Assembly (NCBI GenBank): GCA_041946805.1
Contig: JBHGBC010000008.1
Coordinates: 16,991-80,990 of the forward strand
DNA from: a bacterium
Lineage (GTDB): Bacteria > Hinthialibacterota > Hinthialibacteria > Hinthialibacterales > Hinthialibacteraceae
Length of the DNA stretch: 64,000 nucleotides
Direction of reading: 5' to 3'
Of the stretch, positions 49,221 through 59,213 are shown piece by piece. The notes under the pieces are model-generated. The model saw only the letters and a list, made by a program, of their open reading frames with translations, did not search any database and was not told the DNA's origin. How positions within the stretch are numbered: the first letter of the stretch is position 1; each line of letters starts with the position of its first letter. The position numbers and the translations under genes were made by a program.

Positions 49221-50795
49221 ATGCCCATCATGAGTATCCCTGAAAGAAAACCATCCATCTCATGCCGGCCATTTACGTATCTCATCATGCTGACGTTGTG
49301 CGCCGGTATGTTTATGTTGCCACGTGGGGCGCCCGCCCAAACCGCCGTCGCCTTTCCGCCGGACACGCCCGAGAACCAGGGCCTGTCTTCCGCGGCGCTG
49401 CATGAACTGGCGGGTGAAATCCAGCAGTACCTGGACGAAGATAGCATTCTGGGGGCGGAATTCCTGGTCATCAAAAACCGCCGGACCGTGTTTCATGAAG
49501 TGTTTGGTTGGAAAGACCGGGACGATCAAACACCCATGGAGCGCAACACGCTTTTCAACATCCGGTCCATGACCAAGCCGGTCACCGGCGCGGCGGCGCA
49601 GATCCTGATCGATGAAGGCCGCCTGAGCCTCGAGGATCCCGTGTCCACGTATATCCCCGGTTTTCTCAACGGCCGTTCGGCCGAGGCGACGATCGACCAG
49701 CTACTCACTCACCGGAGCGGATTGCCCTTGTCGATTTTGACCCGGCTGGACGAATATTCCTCTCTTTATGACATGGCTAACGCCATTGGCGAGAAAGGCC
49801 CGCAGTTCAGCCCGGGAACCAAATTCTGGTACAGCGACGCGGGCAGCGAAGCCCTGGGCGCGGTGGGGGAAGTGGCCTCGGGCATGGGCTTGGAAGCCTT
49901 CGTGAATCAGCGGCTGCTCGGGCCGTTGGGGATGAGTGATTCGTTTTACCAAATGCCGGCGGACGATCCCCGGTGGGAACGCGTGGCCAGTGATTATGCG
50001 AGCAGCCAGGGCGAGTGGATACGCTTCTACAAGCCGGGGGGAAAATCCATGTATCCCTTCGCCTGGGGCTCGCAGAGCCTCTACTCCACGCCCGCGGATT
50101 ACGCCAAGTTTTTGGCTATGTGGATGGACCGGGGCCTGGCGTTGAACGGGCAACGTATCCTCTCCGCGGACGCCGTCACACGGACCCTCGCGCCCGTGTC
50201 CGCCATGACCCAATTGAACTCGAACGCGCCCATGCCCTCGGGTTTCCCCGGCCTGAATGTGTTTTACGGCCGGCTGGCGATCGTGTATATGGAGCGCGCC
50301 GCTTCCTCACCCCAAAACCCCATCGTCATCGGCCACAGCGGCTCGGACGGAACCTGGGCGTGGGCTTGGCCGGAGTTGGACCTGATCGTCCTATACTTCA
50401 CCCAGTCGCGGGGAACGATTTCGGGAATCCGGCTGGAGACCGTGATCGACCAGAAACTCATCCATCCCTCGGGTAGCGGCACGATCCCGAAAGAGCAAAA
50501 ACCGTACCTGGGAAACTACCTGGCCAACTACGGCCCCTTCCAGAATGCCGAATTCAAGGTCGTCTCCGTGAACGGCTTTCTGATGCTCGACATCCCCACC
50601 CAGATCATTTTCGAACTGCGGGAACCCGATTCGCGAGGGGTTTGGAAATTCGTCCTGGATGGCAACATGGGAATCTCCTTTGTTGAAGACAATACGGGAA
50701 CCGTCACCGGTTTGCGGTTTCAGGAGTATGGCTCCACGGCCTATATGCCCAAAATTCAAGAAACCCCGGTGGCGGATTGGATTCTGCTGGAGTAA
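49221..50795 (+). CDS. Secreted serine hydrolase (beta-lactamase/class C-like) with C-terminal extension
   Basis: SMTK (SxxK), LLTHRSG, PGTKFWYSD, GHSGSDG; signal peptide; tail TPVADWILLE. Confidence 0.9.
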   Translation: MPIMSIPERKPSISCRPFTYLIMLTLCAGMFMLPRGAPAQTAVAFPPDTPENQGLSSAALHELAGEIQQYLDEDSILGAEFLVIKNRRTVFHEVFGWKDRDDQTPMERNTLFNIRSMTKPVTGAAAQILIDEGRLSLEDPVSTYIPGFLNGRSAEATIDQLLTHRSGLPLSILTRLDEYSSLYDMANAIGEKGPQFSPGTKFWYSDAGSEALGAVGEVASGMGLEAFVNQRLLGPLGMSDSFYQMPADDPRWERVASDYASSQGEWIRFYKPGGKSMYPFAWGSQSLYSTPADYAKFLAMWMDRGLALNGQRILSADAVTRTLAPVSAMTQLNSNAPMPSGFPGLNVFYGRLAIVYMERAASSPQNPIVIGHSGSDGTWAWAWPELDLIVLYFTQSRGTISGIRLETVIDQKLIHPSGSGTIPKEQKPYLGNYLANYGPFQNAEFKVVSVNGFLMLDIPTQIIFELREPDSRGVWKFVLDGNMGISFVEDNTGTVTGLRFQEYGSTAYMPKIQETPVADWILLE

Positions 50796-50959
50796 GGGGA
50801 TGCGACCGCCGGTGGAGTGGTCCCGGTGGTTTGGGCATCATTTCTACATGACCTTAGGCATTGATTTGGATTAAGTTAAGTATAGTTCAGCAATCTAGTT
50901 TTATCATGTAAAAACTAACATTCGAGACGATAGGTTTTGAAATTGCGAGGACGACTTTT

Positions 50960-51855
50960 TGCCGGGGCGTCAGCCATACTCTCGCGAGAAACATCAGTTC
51001 CTGCGCGTTGAGGCGCAAGTTCTTCACGTGGGATTGCCGGACGTGATAGCGCTTGGTGTTGTACAGAAAGAGCCAGGGCGCGTCTTCCCCCGCAATTTGC
51101 TCCGCCTGTTGGTAGAGTTGGTTCCGTTCCTTCTCGTCCGTGGTGGCGATGGCTTGCTCGTGCAGGCGGCCGAATTCAGGATTGGCGTAGGCTGAGTGAT
51201 TCGGTCCCGCGGGGCAGAGGTCAGGACCGTCGAGCAGGGCCAGGAAATTCTCCGGCTCCGGCCCGTCCGCCACCCAGGTCATGCGGAGCAAGACCGGTTC
51301 GTAATGGTCCAGCGATTCCAGGTGCCGGCTCCAGCCGACCATCCGCAGCTGTACAATCACTCCGATTTTACTGAGTTGTTCCCGCACGGCCTCGGCCACG
51401 TTTTCGTTCAGGGTTTCCGCGCTGTTCAATTGCCAAGTGACCTCTGCCAATCCCTGCCTGTTGGGTAATCCGCCAGGACCATGAGTTCGTGGGCTTTATC
51501 CAGGTCTTACGGACACCCTTCCACCGGATCAGCGAATATTCCACATCGCGGGCGGTGACTTCGCGGCTCTTGCCATCCGGAAAACAGGGATCATCGTGAA
51601 AATCCACGCCCTTCCGGATTTTGAAAGTTTATTCCAGGCCATCCGCGGACAGGCGTACGATTCGGCGATGCCGGACCGCGGATTCAGACTGCACAGCGTG
51701 CCTTCTTCGTTTGTCCGGAACAGGCCTTCCAGATGAACACCGGAAGGAGTGATTACACCCTGGCATGTGGGATAGTCGAAACATGTCCCTGGACCGCCGC
51801 AATTGCTTAACAACGGCAGGCTTCCGAAGATCATGCAGATGACCGGATTCCGCAT
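50960..51855 (-). pseudogene. Fragmented ABC peptide/nickel substrate-binding lipoprotein (SBP family 5)
   Basis: Pieces in different frames: lipoprotein-like start LLSNC, EGLF, FHDDPCFPDGKSREVTARDVEYSL, and C-terminal WVADGPEPENFL..YANPEF..YQQAEQI; the middle is missing. Confidence 0.8.
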
Positions 51856-51953
51856 GCATCGTTTCTCGATCCAATCCGGAACCTGGCATGGATAGAGGCC
51901 CTGGCCGGGTTTAAAACAATCAATCGGCGCGTAGCAATGATCACCGTTTTGTC

Positions 51954-54260
51954 TCAGGAACCGGCATACCGGACGCCTTTGACTTCGGGTTCCGGTTCGA
52001 AGCCCGGTTCGATCTCGCCGGTGACCGACCAACCCATCTTGAGGCCCGCCACGAACCAGCCCAGGGCCACCATGCCCACGGTGAAGACGGTATCGCCGAT
52101 GATTCGCAGCCAACGCAGGAAGTCCATGATTCCGGTCTGCATGAACTCGGCGGAGCGGGCGTACCACATGCCGTGTTCGACGCTGGCCCAGGTTTGGAGC
52201 AATCCGCGGGGCAGGTCGGAGAGCAGCACCATGAGGGCCAGGCCGATGTTGATCGACCAGAAGGCGAACGACAACACGCCGGTCCGCCACACGTTGCGGG
52301 CGGCCAGTCCCTTGAGGCAGAAGAGGGTGAGGCCAATGCCCAGCATGCCGTACACGCCGAAGAGGGCGGTGTGGCCGTGCACCGGCGTGGTGTTGAGTCC
52401 TTGCATGTAATAGAGGGCGATGGGGGGATTGATGAGAAATCCGAAAAGGCCCGCACCCACCAGGTTCCAAAAAGCCACGGCGATAAAGCAGTAGATGGGC
52501 CACTTGTAGGCCTGGATCCACTGGCGCGCGCGGCTGAGTTCCAGATTCTCGTACGCCTCGAAGCCGATGAGAACGAGGGGGACGACCTCCAGGGCGCTGA
52601 AAGTGGCGCCCAAGGCCAGAATAGGTGTGGGAGTTCCCGTGAAGTAGAGATGATGGAAGGTGCCGATGATACCGCCCGCCAGGAAGACGGAGCAGGAGAA
52701 CAGCACGGCGGACGTGGCGGTGGCGACGCGCAACAGTCCCATGCGGGTAAAGAGAAAAGCGATGACCACGGTGGCGAAGACTTCGAAGAAACCTTCCACC
52801 CAAAGATGGATGACCCACCAGCGCCAGTATTCGATGATTGAGAGATGCGTCTGGCGGCCCCACATCAGCCCAGCGGTGTAGAAGAGGGCGATGGCTGCGC
52901 TGGCGATGAAGAACATCACCAGCAAATGGCGGTGTTCCCCGGGCTTTTTGAGGGCGGGCCACAGCGCGCGGCCCATGAGGCCCAGCCACAGGAACAGGCC
53001 GATGGTCAAAAAGATCTGCCAGAAGCGGCCGAGGTCCACGTATTCCAGGCCCTGGTGGCCGAACCAGTAATTGGCGGTCAGTCCCAGCCGCTGGCGGGTG
53101 CCGAGCCAGGTGCCGAAGAGAGTCCCGGCGACGATGATGACCAGGCAGACGAAGAGAAAATTGACGCCTTGCTTCTGATATTTGGGTTCATAGCCGGAGA
53201 CGGCGGGCGCCATGAAGAGGCCGGTGGCCAGCCAGGCGGTGGCGATCCAGAAAATGGCCAGTTGCACGTGCCAGGTGCGGCTGACGGCGTACGGCAAAAA
53301 TTGGGCGAGGGGGAAGCCGTAGAAGCCGGAGCCTTCAACCCCATAGTGGGCCGTGATCGCGCCCATGGTGACCTGCACCAGGATGAGGGCGATTACCACC
53401 CAGAAATATTTCAGCGTGGCGTTCATGGATGGCGTGGGCCGCAGCGCCAGCAGGGGATCGCGGTCCGGCAGCGGCGGCTCTTCCCCGGTCTTGGGTTTGC
53501 TCACGGCGTAATACCAGGCCAGGGCGCTGATGCCGGCCAGCAGCAACACGAAACTGAGCACCGACCAAACCACGATGGGGCCGGTGGGCTGATTGTCGAT
53601 CCAGTGTTCGGGAGGCCAGTTCTGCGTGTAGCTGATTTCCTGCCCGGGACGGTTGGTGGCGCAAGCCCAGGCGGTCCAGAAGAAGAAGGCGTTCATCAAC
53701 CGCTGCCGTTCGGGATCGCGCAGGACAAGCGCGGGGATGGCGTAGGCCTCGCGCAGTCCATCCAAGGCGGGATCCTCGCCGAACAAGGCGGCGTAGTGTT
53801 GCCCCACCGCCTCGATGGCCTGGGCGCGGAGATTCGACACCGTGAGAACCCGGGTTTGCGGATCGTAGGTGTTGGTCCGCAATTCGTTCTTCAGCCGGGC
53901 CTTGAGTTCAGCCTGTTTTTCCACATCCAGCGCGGCGTACGAATCGGAGTTGTAGTCTTGCTTCGCCCAAGAATTCAGCAGCCATTCGCATTCGCGGTGT
54001 AGCCAGTCGGCGGACCAGTCGGGAGCGACATAGGAGCCATGGCCCCAGATGGTTCCCAACTGGTGGCCGCCGGCCGATTGCCAGACATTCTGGCCGTCGC
54101 GGATGTCCTGGCCCGTGAACAAGGTCCGGCCGTCCGCGGTGGCCACGCGGTCCGGGATGGGAGGCGCCTCGCGGTAGATGACCCATCCATAGTATCCCAG
54201 AACCGCGAATGACAAGGCGATCACCAAAACCAGGGATGTCCAGAGTTTCCAAAAATTCAT
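51954..54260 (-). CDS. norB: Quinol-dependent nitric oxide reductase (qNor, NorZ/long NorB)
   Basis: GTIWGHGSYVAPDWSADWLH, RTWHVQLAIFW, WWVIHLWVEGFFEVF, GTFHHLYF, HGHTALFGVYG. Confidence 0.96.
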   Translation of the reverse strand: MNFWKLWTSLVLVIALSFAVLGYYGWVIYREAPPIPDRVATADGRTLFTGQDIRDGQNVWQSAGGHQLGTIWGHGSYVAPDWSADWLHRECEWLLNSWAKQDYNSDSYAALDVEKQAELKARLKNELRTNTYDPQTRVLTVSNLRAQAIEAVGQHYAALFGEDPALDGLREAYAIPALVLRDPERQRLMNAFFFWTAWACATNRPGQEISYTQNWPPEHWIDNQPTGPIVVWSVLSFVLLLAGISALAWYYAVSKPKTGEEPPLPDRDPLLALRPTPSMNATLKYFWVVIALILVQVTMGAITAHYGVEGSGFYGFPLAQFLPYAVSRTWHVQLAIFWIATAWLATGLFMAPAVSGYEPKYQKQGVNFLFVCLVIIVAGTLFGTWLGTRQRLGLTANYWFGHQGLEYVDLGRFWQIFLTIGLFLWLGLMGRALWPALKKPGEHRHLLVMFFIASAAIALFYTAGLMWGRQTHLSIIEYWRWWVIHLWVEGFFEVFATVVIAFLFTRMGLLRVATATSAVLFSCSVFLAGGIIGTFHHLYFTGTPTPILALGATFSALEVVPLVLIGFEAYENLELSRARQWIQAYKWPIYCFIAVAFWNLVGAGLFGFLINPPIALYYMQGLNTTPVHGHTALFGVYGMLGIGLTLFCLKGLAARNVWRTGVLSFAFWSINIGLALMVLLSDLPRGLLQTWASVEHGMWYARSAEFMQTGIMDFLRWLRIIGDTVFTVGMVALGWFVAGLKMGWSVTGEIEPGFEPEPEVKGVRYAGS

Positions 54261-54389
54261 CGTCCTCTCCTTCCTATGGCGTTAGCTGAAATCAGGGCTA
54301 TCAACGGAAGACAAAGCATGAATCGATCTCTCCGGACAATCCGGGAGTGATGTGATTTCTCGATAGGGCGGACGGTTCCCGTATGATGC

Positions 54390-54665
54390 AGGCGGCCGTG
54401 CGCGTGAACGGAGGAAACTGCACAGCGGCGTCGGGCCCATCCAAGATACGTTTGAACTCCGGCGTTGAGAAGTAAAAGAACGGCCCCCTGAAAAACCGCG
54501 CACAGACGAGAGTGATGCAACACGGAGGAACGGGGGAAGGCCTTATGGCGAATCACCCGAAAATCATCGGAAAATACCACTTCCAGGCCGCAACGGCGGG
54601 GGCAAGCGCCGGGATTGTTCCAAGAACTCCGGGCTTCCTGACAGACGGGGCAAGGCCGGCAAAAT
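54390..54665 (-). pseudogene. Possible remnant of a heavy-metal P1B-ATPase N-terminus
   Basis: CPVCQEARS..PGACPRRCGLEV resembles the HMBD pattern CPMHPxxxxxxPGxCPxCGMxL; LLLLNAGVQTYLGW resembles a CopA-type TM segment. Confidence 0.35.
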
Positions 54666-54805
54666 CCCTCGCCCGGCGGTGGGAACGCCGTGTCAGGCTG
54701 CGCGGCGCCGAGGCCTGAAAGACATGTCATAATCGTAGTATCACATTCCTTTATCTAATTTGAGGGAGAGTGTATCCGAGGGAATGAAAAACAACACGGC
54801 AGATC

Positions 54806-55228
54806 TTACCGGCGGATTTTCACGGGTTTGGGTTTTTCCAACAGTTGGGCGATGGTGGTCTGGCTGAGCAGGGCGAGATAGGCGTCCCGCACGGTTTTCC
54901 AGCGCTCGTGCATGGCGCAGGGATTCTGTTCGGAACAAGTCTCCCGGCCCAGGATGCAGCCATTCCAGCGGCTGACATGCTCGATCGACTCCACCACGTC
55001 GAGAAGGGTGATGGATTGCGGATCGCGGGCCAGGCGGAAGCCGCCGCCGAGCCCCTTTTGCGATTCGAGCAGGCCGTCCCGGGCGAGCAGTTGCAACAGT
55101 TTTCCCAGATAATTCTTGGGGGCCTTGATGGCCTGGGCGATGCCTGTGGCGCCGGCATAGGCGCTTTCGGGGAGTTCAGCCAGGGCGATCACGGCGCGGA
55201 TGGCGTGGATACCAGTTTTAGAGAGCAT
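54806..55228 (-). CDS. Rrf2 family transcriptional regulator (probable Fe-S/NO sensor)
   Basis: LSKTGIHAIRAV, PKNYLGKLLQ, SQKGLGGGFRLARDPQSITLLDVV, C-x6-C-x5-C-xx-H. Confidence 0.93.
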   Translation of the reverse strand: MLSKTGIHAIRAVIALAELPESAYAGATGIAQAIKAPKNYLGKLLQLLARDGLLESQKGLGGGFRLARDPQSITLLDVVESIEHVSRWNGCILGRETCSEQNPCAMHERWKTVRDAYLALLSQTTIAQLLEKPKPVKIRR

Positions 55229-55269
55229 GACGGCCTTCGGAAACGGGGAGTAATTAATAACTACATGTC

Positions 55270-55297
55270 ATTGTAGGGATATACCGGCCATCGTCAA
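55270..55297 (-). promoter_or_regulatory. Sigma70-type promoter of rrf2
   Basis: Minus strand TTGACG-16 nt-TACAAT; the -10 overlaps a CTACA-n6-TGTAG inverted repeat. Confidence 0.6.
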
Positions 55298-55509
55298 GCA
55301 TGGAGGGAACAAAGAGAGGAAGGTCTCCGGTTTTTTTGGGGTAGAACCGGAATCCGGGAACTACGATTCTCAAATAGGTTCATCCGGCAATTGAGTACAT
55401 GTTGACCGAAAACGCGTATCAATTTCGTTACTCCAAACCGAAGGATAAACAAATTCCTTCCCATGCAATCTTGGAGAGCCAACGGAGGGGATAGGCGTCT
55501 TTGCATGGC

Positions 55510-55626
55510 TTTCCTCAACCCGGCCCTCTCCCAGAGGAAGAAGGAATGTAGGGTGGATCTCTCCAACCAGTCTCATCGAAATCCGGCCACGCGTTCGGAA
55601 AAATGTACGCACGTATCGGATGATCC
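55510..55626 (+). repeat. Hairpin + AAAAATGTACGCAC..GGATGA composite element
   Basis: Same layout at 18349, 25148, 57721 and 59825. Confidence 0.7.
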
Positions 55627-55668
55627 TTTTTTTCTGAGATCCGGAGCTCTGACGAGCTGACAGGTTCA

Positions 55669-57540
55669 TCAATACAGTATCCAGTGTTTGACCGGAACGG
55701 GAATTCCCGATTCCTCGGGCCAGGCGCAGTTGCCGGGGCCGCCGTAAGCGCCCATGTCGCCGCGCATCGTTGCCAATCCAGGTGGCCGGCAAGCGTCGTT
55801 GAAGGCTGGATCGGGATTGCCTGTATCGATACACGGCGAATCGGGCAGCAGATGCAAGTCCGTGGATTCTCCGTCCCCGAGCTGCACAAAACGTGGATCG
55901 GCATCGATGTTTCCCACGCCCGGCCATCCACCCTTGATGCAACTATATGAAACAGGGGCTGTACAGGACGTTACCATCTCGGCTCCTTCATTCCACAAAA
56001 TGCAGTTGGTTACCGTCGATCTGGAGGAAAGATCACAACCAATACCTGTGTTTCCAACGATGGTGCAATTCATTAAATCAAATGGGTTTCCATCAGACGT
56101 GACGGTGGTAGAAATGGCTGAGTTTCTTTGAACTATGCAGTTATAGAGAAAATTTTTTATTGGGGAATTAATTCCCCATGCATTGCCGCTAACAACAGAC
56201 CATCCGCCTGAGTTCTCGGCAATTATGCAGTTCTTAAGAGTGTATCTTTGGCCCCAAATTCCGCTGCATGGTCCATCCTGAACCGAGTTGCCAACAATCT
56301 TGCAATTGACCAGCTGGAATACCCTACCACTCACTCCACCAATCGTCATTCCGGTATTGCCATTGATTGTGCAGTTTTGAATTAGTGGAATTACTGCGTC
56401 CGTGGTTTGACCAAAGAGTACATTAACACTTAAGCCCCCAATCCCCCCACGGTTGCCGCGGATGGTGCAATTCTCCATTCGGCCCCCACCTTCTAGAACA
56501 CAACCGCCCGTCTCACCCATTTCCAACACAACATTCCCAGTAATCGTGCAATCGGTCAGCGTTGATTCACCATAGCAAGACACACCCGCCGCGGCATTGT
56601 ACCAACACCCATCCGTTTTTTGCGTATTGTCAGCCACGATGCAATCGGTCATGGTGACATTGCGGCCAAGCACCCCGCCCCCACAATTTCCGTAATTTTG
56701 GGTGATTTCGCAGTGACTAAATGCTAAATGAGTATCACTCCATGGCGAATTATACACACCGCCTCCCTCGCCGGCGGCATTTCCACTGATTGCGCAGTCG
56801 ATGAAAATCGCGGATGAATAATCGCCGCAGCGTACCCCTCCGCCTTCGCCACCATGATAACTCTGATCTTTGCACATGTTGTCGTTGATGGATGAATGGG
56901 TAAATGCCGCTGAAGTCCAGCCCGCGCAGTACACCCCACCGCCATTGTAATCGGATACATTTCTGGAGATAGCGCAATGATCAAATAGGATGGAAGATCC
57001 TTCCGCGCCGTACACCCCGCCGCCGTCATATCCCATGTTCCCGCTGATTGTGCAATTTGCGAGTAGTATGGAAGAATCCTTAGGGCAAAACACTCCCCCG
57101 CCATTACCGCTCGGAGATCCACCCGTCACGGTAAATCCGTCCAATACCCCGTGATGGGCGGCCTGGACGGCTGTGGCGTTCAGTCCCGTGGCATCGATGA
57201 TCGTTTCATTCGCCGCCCAATCTCGTTCCTCCCGGTATGCCTCATTGCCCGAGAAACCTCCATACATGGGAATCAGGTCTTTCATTTCGATGGCCTCTTT
57301 GTATCGTCCCGAAGCCACCCAGATTTCATCGGTATCGACTATCTTGCCTTGATACTCTCGTGTCACCGCTTGGGCGATCCCCGCGGTCAGGCTGGTGCAG
57401 GCGTTCGCCCAGTTCGATCCACTCCCGTCACCTGTAGCGATAGACGAAACATAAATGACATTACCGGTGGCAGACGGAGTGATGCACAAGATGCACAATA
57501 ATAGAAACAGATTTGAGTATAGGATGTCTTGCTTGATCAT
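55669..57540 (-). CDS. Secreted Cys-rich right-handed parallel beta-helix protein (pectin lyase/Pmp-like)
   Basis: Signal peptide; GDGSGSNWANA, DEIWVASGRY, MYGGFSGNE; repeated GGGVYC / NCTISGN; IDADPRFV..LLPDSPCIDTG..DMGAYG; tail PVKHWILY; AT-richer. Confidence 0.85.
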   Translation of the reverse strand: MIKQDILYSNLFLLLCILCITPSATGNVIYVSSIATGDGSGSNWANACTSLTAGIAQAVTREYQGKIVDTDEIWVASGRYKEAIEMKDLIPMYGGFSGNEAYREERDWAANETIIDATGLNATAVQAAHHGVLDGFTVTGGSPSGNGGGVFCPKDSSILLANCTISGNMGYDGGGVYGAEGSSILFDHCAISRNVSDYNGGGVYCAGWTSAAFTHSSINDNMCKDQSYHGGEGGGVRCGDYSSAIFIDCAISGNAAGEGGGVYNSPWSDTHLAFSHCEITQNYGNCGGGVLGRNVTMTDCIVADNTQKTDGCWYNAAAGVSCYGESTLTDCTITGNVVLEMGETGGCVLEGGGRMENCTIRGNRGGIGGLSVNVLFGQTTDAVIPLIQNCTINGNTGMTIGGVSGRVFQLVNCKIVGNSVQDGPCSGIWGQRYTLKNCIIAENSGGWSVVSGNAWGINSPIKNFLYNCIVQRNSAISTTVTSDGNPFDLMNCTIVGNTGIGCDLSSRSTVTNCILWNEGAEMVTSCTAPVSYSCIKGGWPGVGNIDADPRFVQLGDGESTDLHLLPDSPCIDTGNPDPAFNDACRPPGLATMRGDMGAYGGPGNCAWPEESGIPVPVKHWILY

Positions 57541-57687
57541 CTTCGTTACGTCCTCTCTTGGATTATGAAGGGCAATCAACGCAGACGGCAGAAATTGGAT
57601 AAGTCCAAATCAAACAATCAATAGGTATTTATGGTGGTATCTGTTTACCCGTCTTCTGAAAAAAAGTACGTAACTTTTTACTCAACT

Positions 57688-57837
57688 GCAGAGACAGGAT
57701 GCATTTCACCCTTTCAGGGCTTCCCTCACCCTAATCCTCTCCCAGAGGGAGAGGGGATTTCGGGTCGCTCTCTCCAATCCGTCTAATCAATGTCCGGTCA
57801 GGCTCCAGAAAAAATGTACACACTTATTGGATGAACC
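57688..57837 (+). repeat. Full composite element (CCCTTTCAGGGC unit + hairpin + GTAC motif)
   Basis: Contains both the 70-bp unit and the downstream AAAAATGTACACACTTATTGGATGAACC motif. Confidence 0.8.
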
Positions 57838-57868
57838 TATTTTCCAATTGAACCAATTCGCTTCTCCC

Positions 57869-58864
57869 TCAGTTAAACAACTCCCAACCCGTAACCGAGG
57901 AAGTCAACAGCGTGAGTTCCACCTCCGTGAATGTACACGTGGAATAGAATCCCGGAGAGCCGGAATTACCGATCAGACCGGCGTAAACGGGATCCTTGAA
58001 CGGGATATCGATCTGGTGATGAAGCGCCCAGGCTTGGGTGCTTATGTCAAAGTAATACATACTCAGAGAATTTCCGCGCCGTTCGATGCGAAACCTCCCA
58101 TCGCATACACTCGCATTAATGGGAGAGGTGAATTTACCGCCCTCGCCGGTTCCCAGGTCCCATCCGGAGTAACCACCGCCGTGATTGGTTACAATAACGG
58201 TATAGGAGGCCGTGTTTGTCGATTGTCCGGCTTCTTCTTGTAGTGCATCAGCCACATGCAGGGCAGCAGGATTCTGCTCAGACCGGTTTTCACCGACAAC
58301 TTTCGCCTTCAGCGTGAAGTCACCGCTTACCTGCTTGTAAATAAAATGATAGTATCCCACCGCGTGGATCCGGTACTCTCCGGTTTGGGGATCATAGGCA
58401 GCCTCGTTGGGATACTCCAGAACTTCCATGATATCCCGGTGATCGTCGAAGAGGCCCAGCGGTTCCGGTTTGGCCAAAGTCTGGGATGCCATCCCGCCGA
58501 TCGGAGTGGACCCGAGCATTCCGGAATACACCACCGCACCGTTCGCGTCCACGGGCGGAGTAATATGGTATTGAAAGATTTGGGATCCATCGAAGGCGGT
58601 AAAATCCCACGTGATGACGCCATTTGCAAATGTCATCCCGGCCTTGGGATTGATCGCCTCGGTTTTCCATCCCACCGGTGGAGTTTCGGCCACGGTGATC
58701 GGTCCCGCGTCTCCGGTGACTTCGATGGTTACCAGCTGCTTTTGGTCCGGCCAATACACATTATAGGGCAAGGTCCGTACCGCGGTGACTTGAGCCGAGA
58801 CATCGAGGACAACTCCAAGTTCCATGAGCAACGCCAATAGAGAGAGAATGAGTGACCGCTGCAT
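57869..58864 (-). CDS. Secreted beta-rich hypothetical protein (Ig-like + ConA/beta-xylosidase-C-like domain)
   Basis: Signal peptide; VAETPPVGW..GVITW; FIYKQVSGDFTLKAKV, FRIERRGN, PVYAGL; tail SSVTGWELFN. Confidence 0.72.
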   Translation of the reverse strand: MQRSLILSLLALLMELGVVLDVSAQVTAVRTLPYNVYWPDQKQLVTIEVTGDAGPITVAETPPVGWKTEAINPKAGMTFANGVITWDFTAFDGSQIFQYHITPPVDANGAVVYSGMLGSTPIGGMASQTLAKPEPLGLFDDHRDIMEVLEYPNEAAYDPQTGEYRIHAVGYYHFIYKQVSGDFTLKAKVVGENRSEQNPAALHVADALQEEAGQSTNTASYTVIVTNHGGGYSGWDLGTGEGGKFTSPINASVCDGRFRIERRGNSLSMYYFDISTQAWALHHQIDIPFKDPVYAGLIGNSGSPGFYSTCTFTEVELTLLTSSVTGWELFN

Positions 58865-58908
58865 TTTTGATACCCCCTGATTGTCAAATTGCCACTATTT
58901 ACTCGATC

Positions 58909-59046
58909 GCGGAGAAAGGATGAATTTCGCCCTTTCAGGGCTTCCCTCACCCTAGCCCTCTCCCGGAGGGAGAGGGAATTCAATGCCATGGCGGTAACCA
59001 TCCCGGGGTCAAAGCTCTGGGCCAGATTAAACGCGCCGTTGGCGCT
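58909..59046. repeat. 70-bp composite repeat followed by an inverted GCGCCAACGGCGCG unit
   Basis: GGATGAATTTCGCCCTTTCAGGGCTTCCCTCACCCTAGCCCTCTCCCGGAGGGAGAGGG. Confidence 0.82.
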
Positions 59047-59213
59047 CCAAAGATGTCCTGCAAACCACTAAATAATTACCCGAATTCTTTTCATAAATCT
59101 GGCTAACACCGATTCCTGTTATGAATTTGTAATTGGCACTTTCTGATTTTATTGTTATTGATATGATCGGTTCACCTTTTTTCTTAAATCTTGAATATCC
59201 TCCAAACTGATAT

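Noticed and set aside
49221..50795. True antibiotic-resistance beta-lactamase
   Set aside because: SxxK, YSD and HSG motifs are shared by many esterases and peptidases of this fold; nothing indicates AmpC specifically.
51954..54260. NO dismutase (Nod) instead of qNor
   Set aside because: The FeB His ligands and the conserved Glu (HLWVEG, FHHLY) are canonical for qNor.
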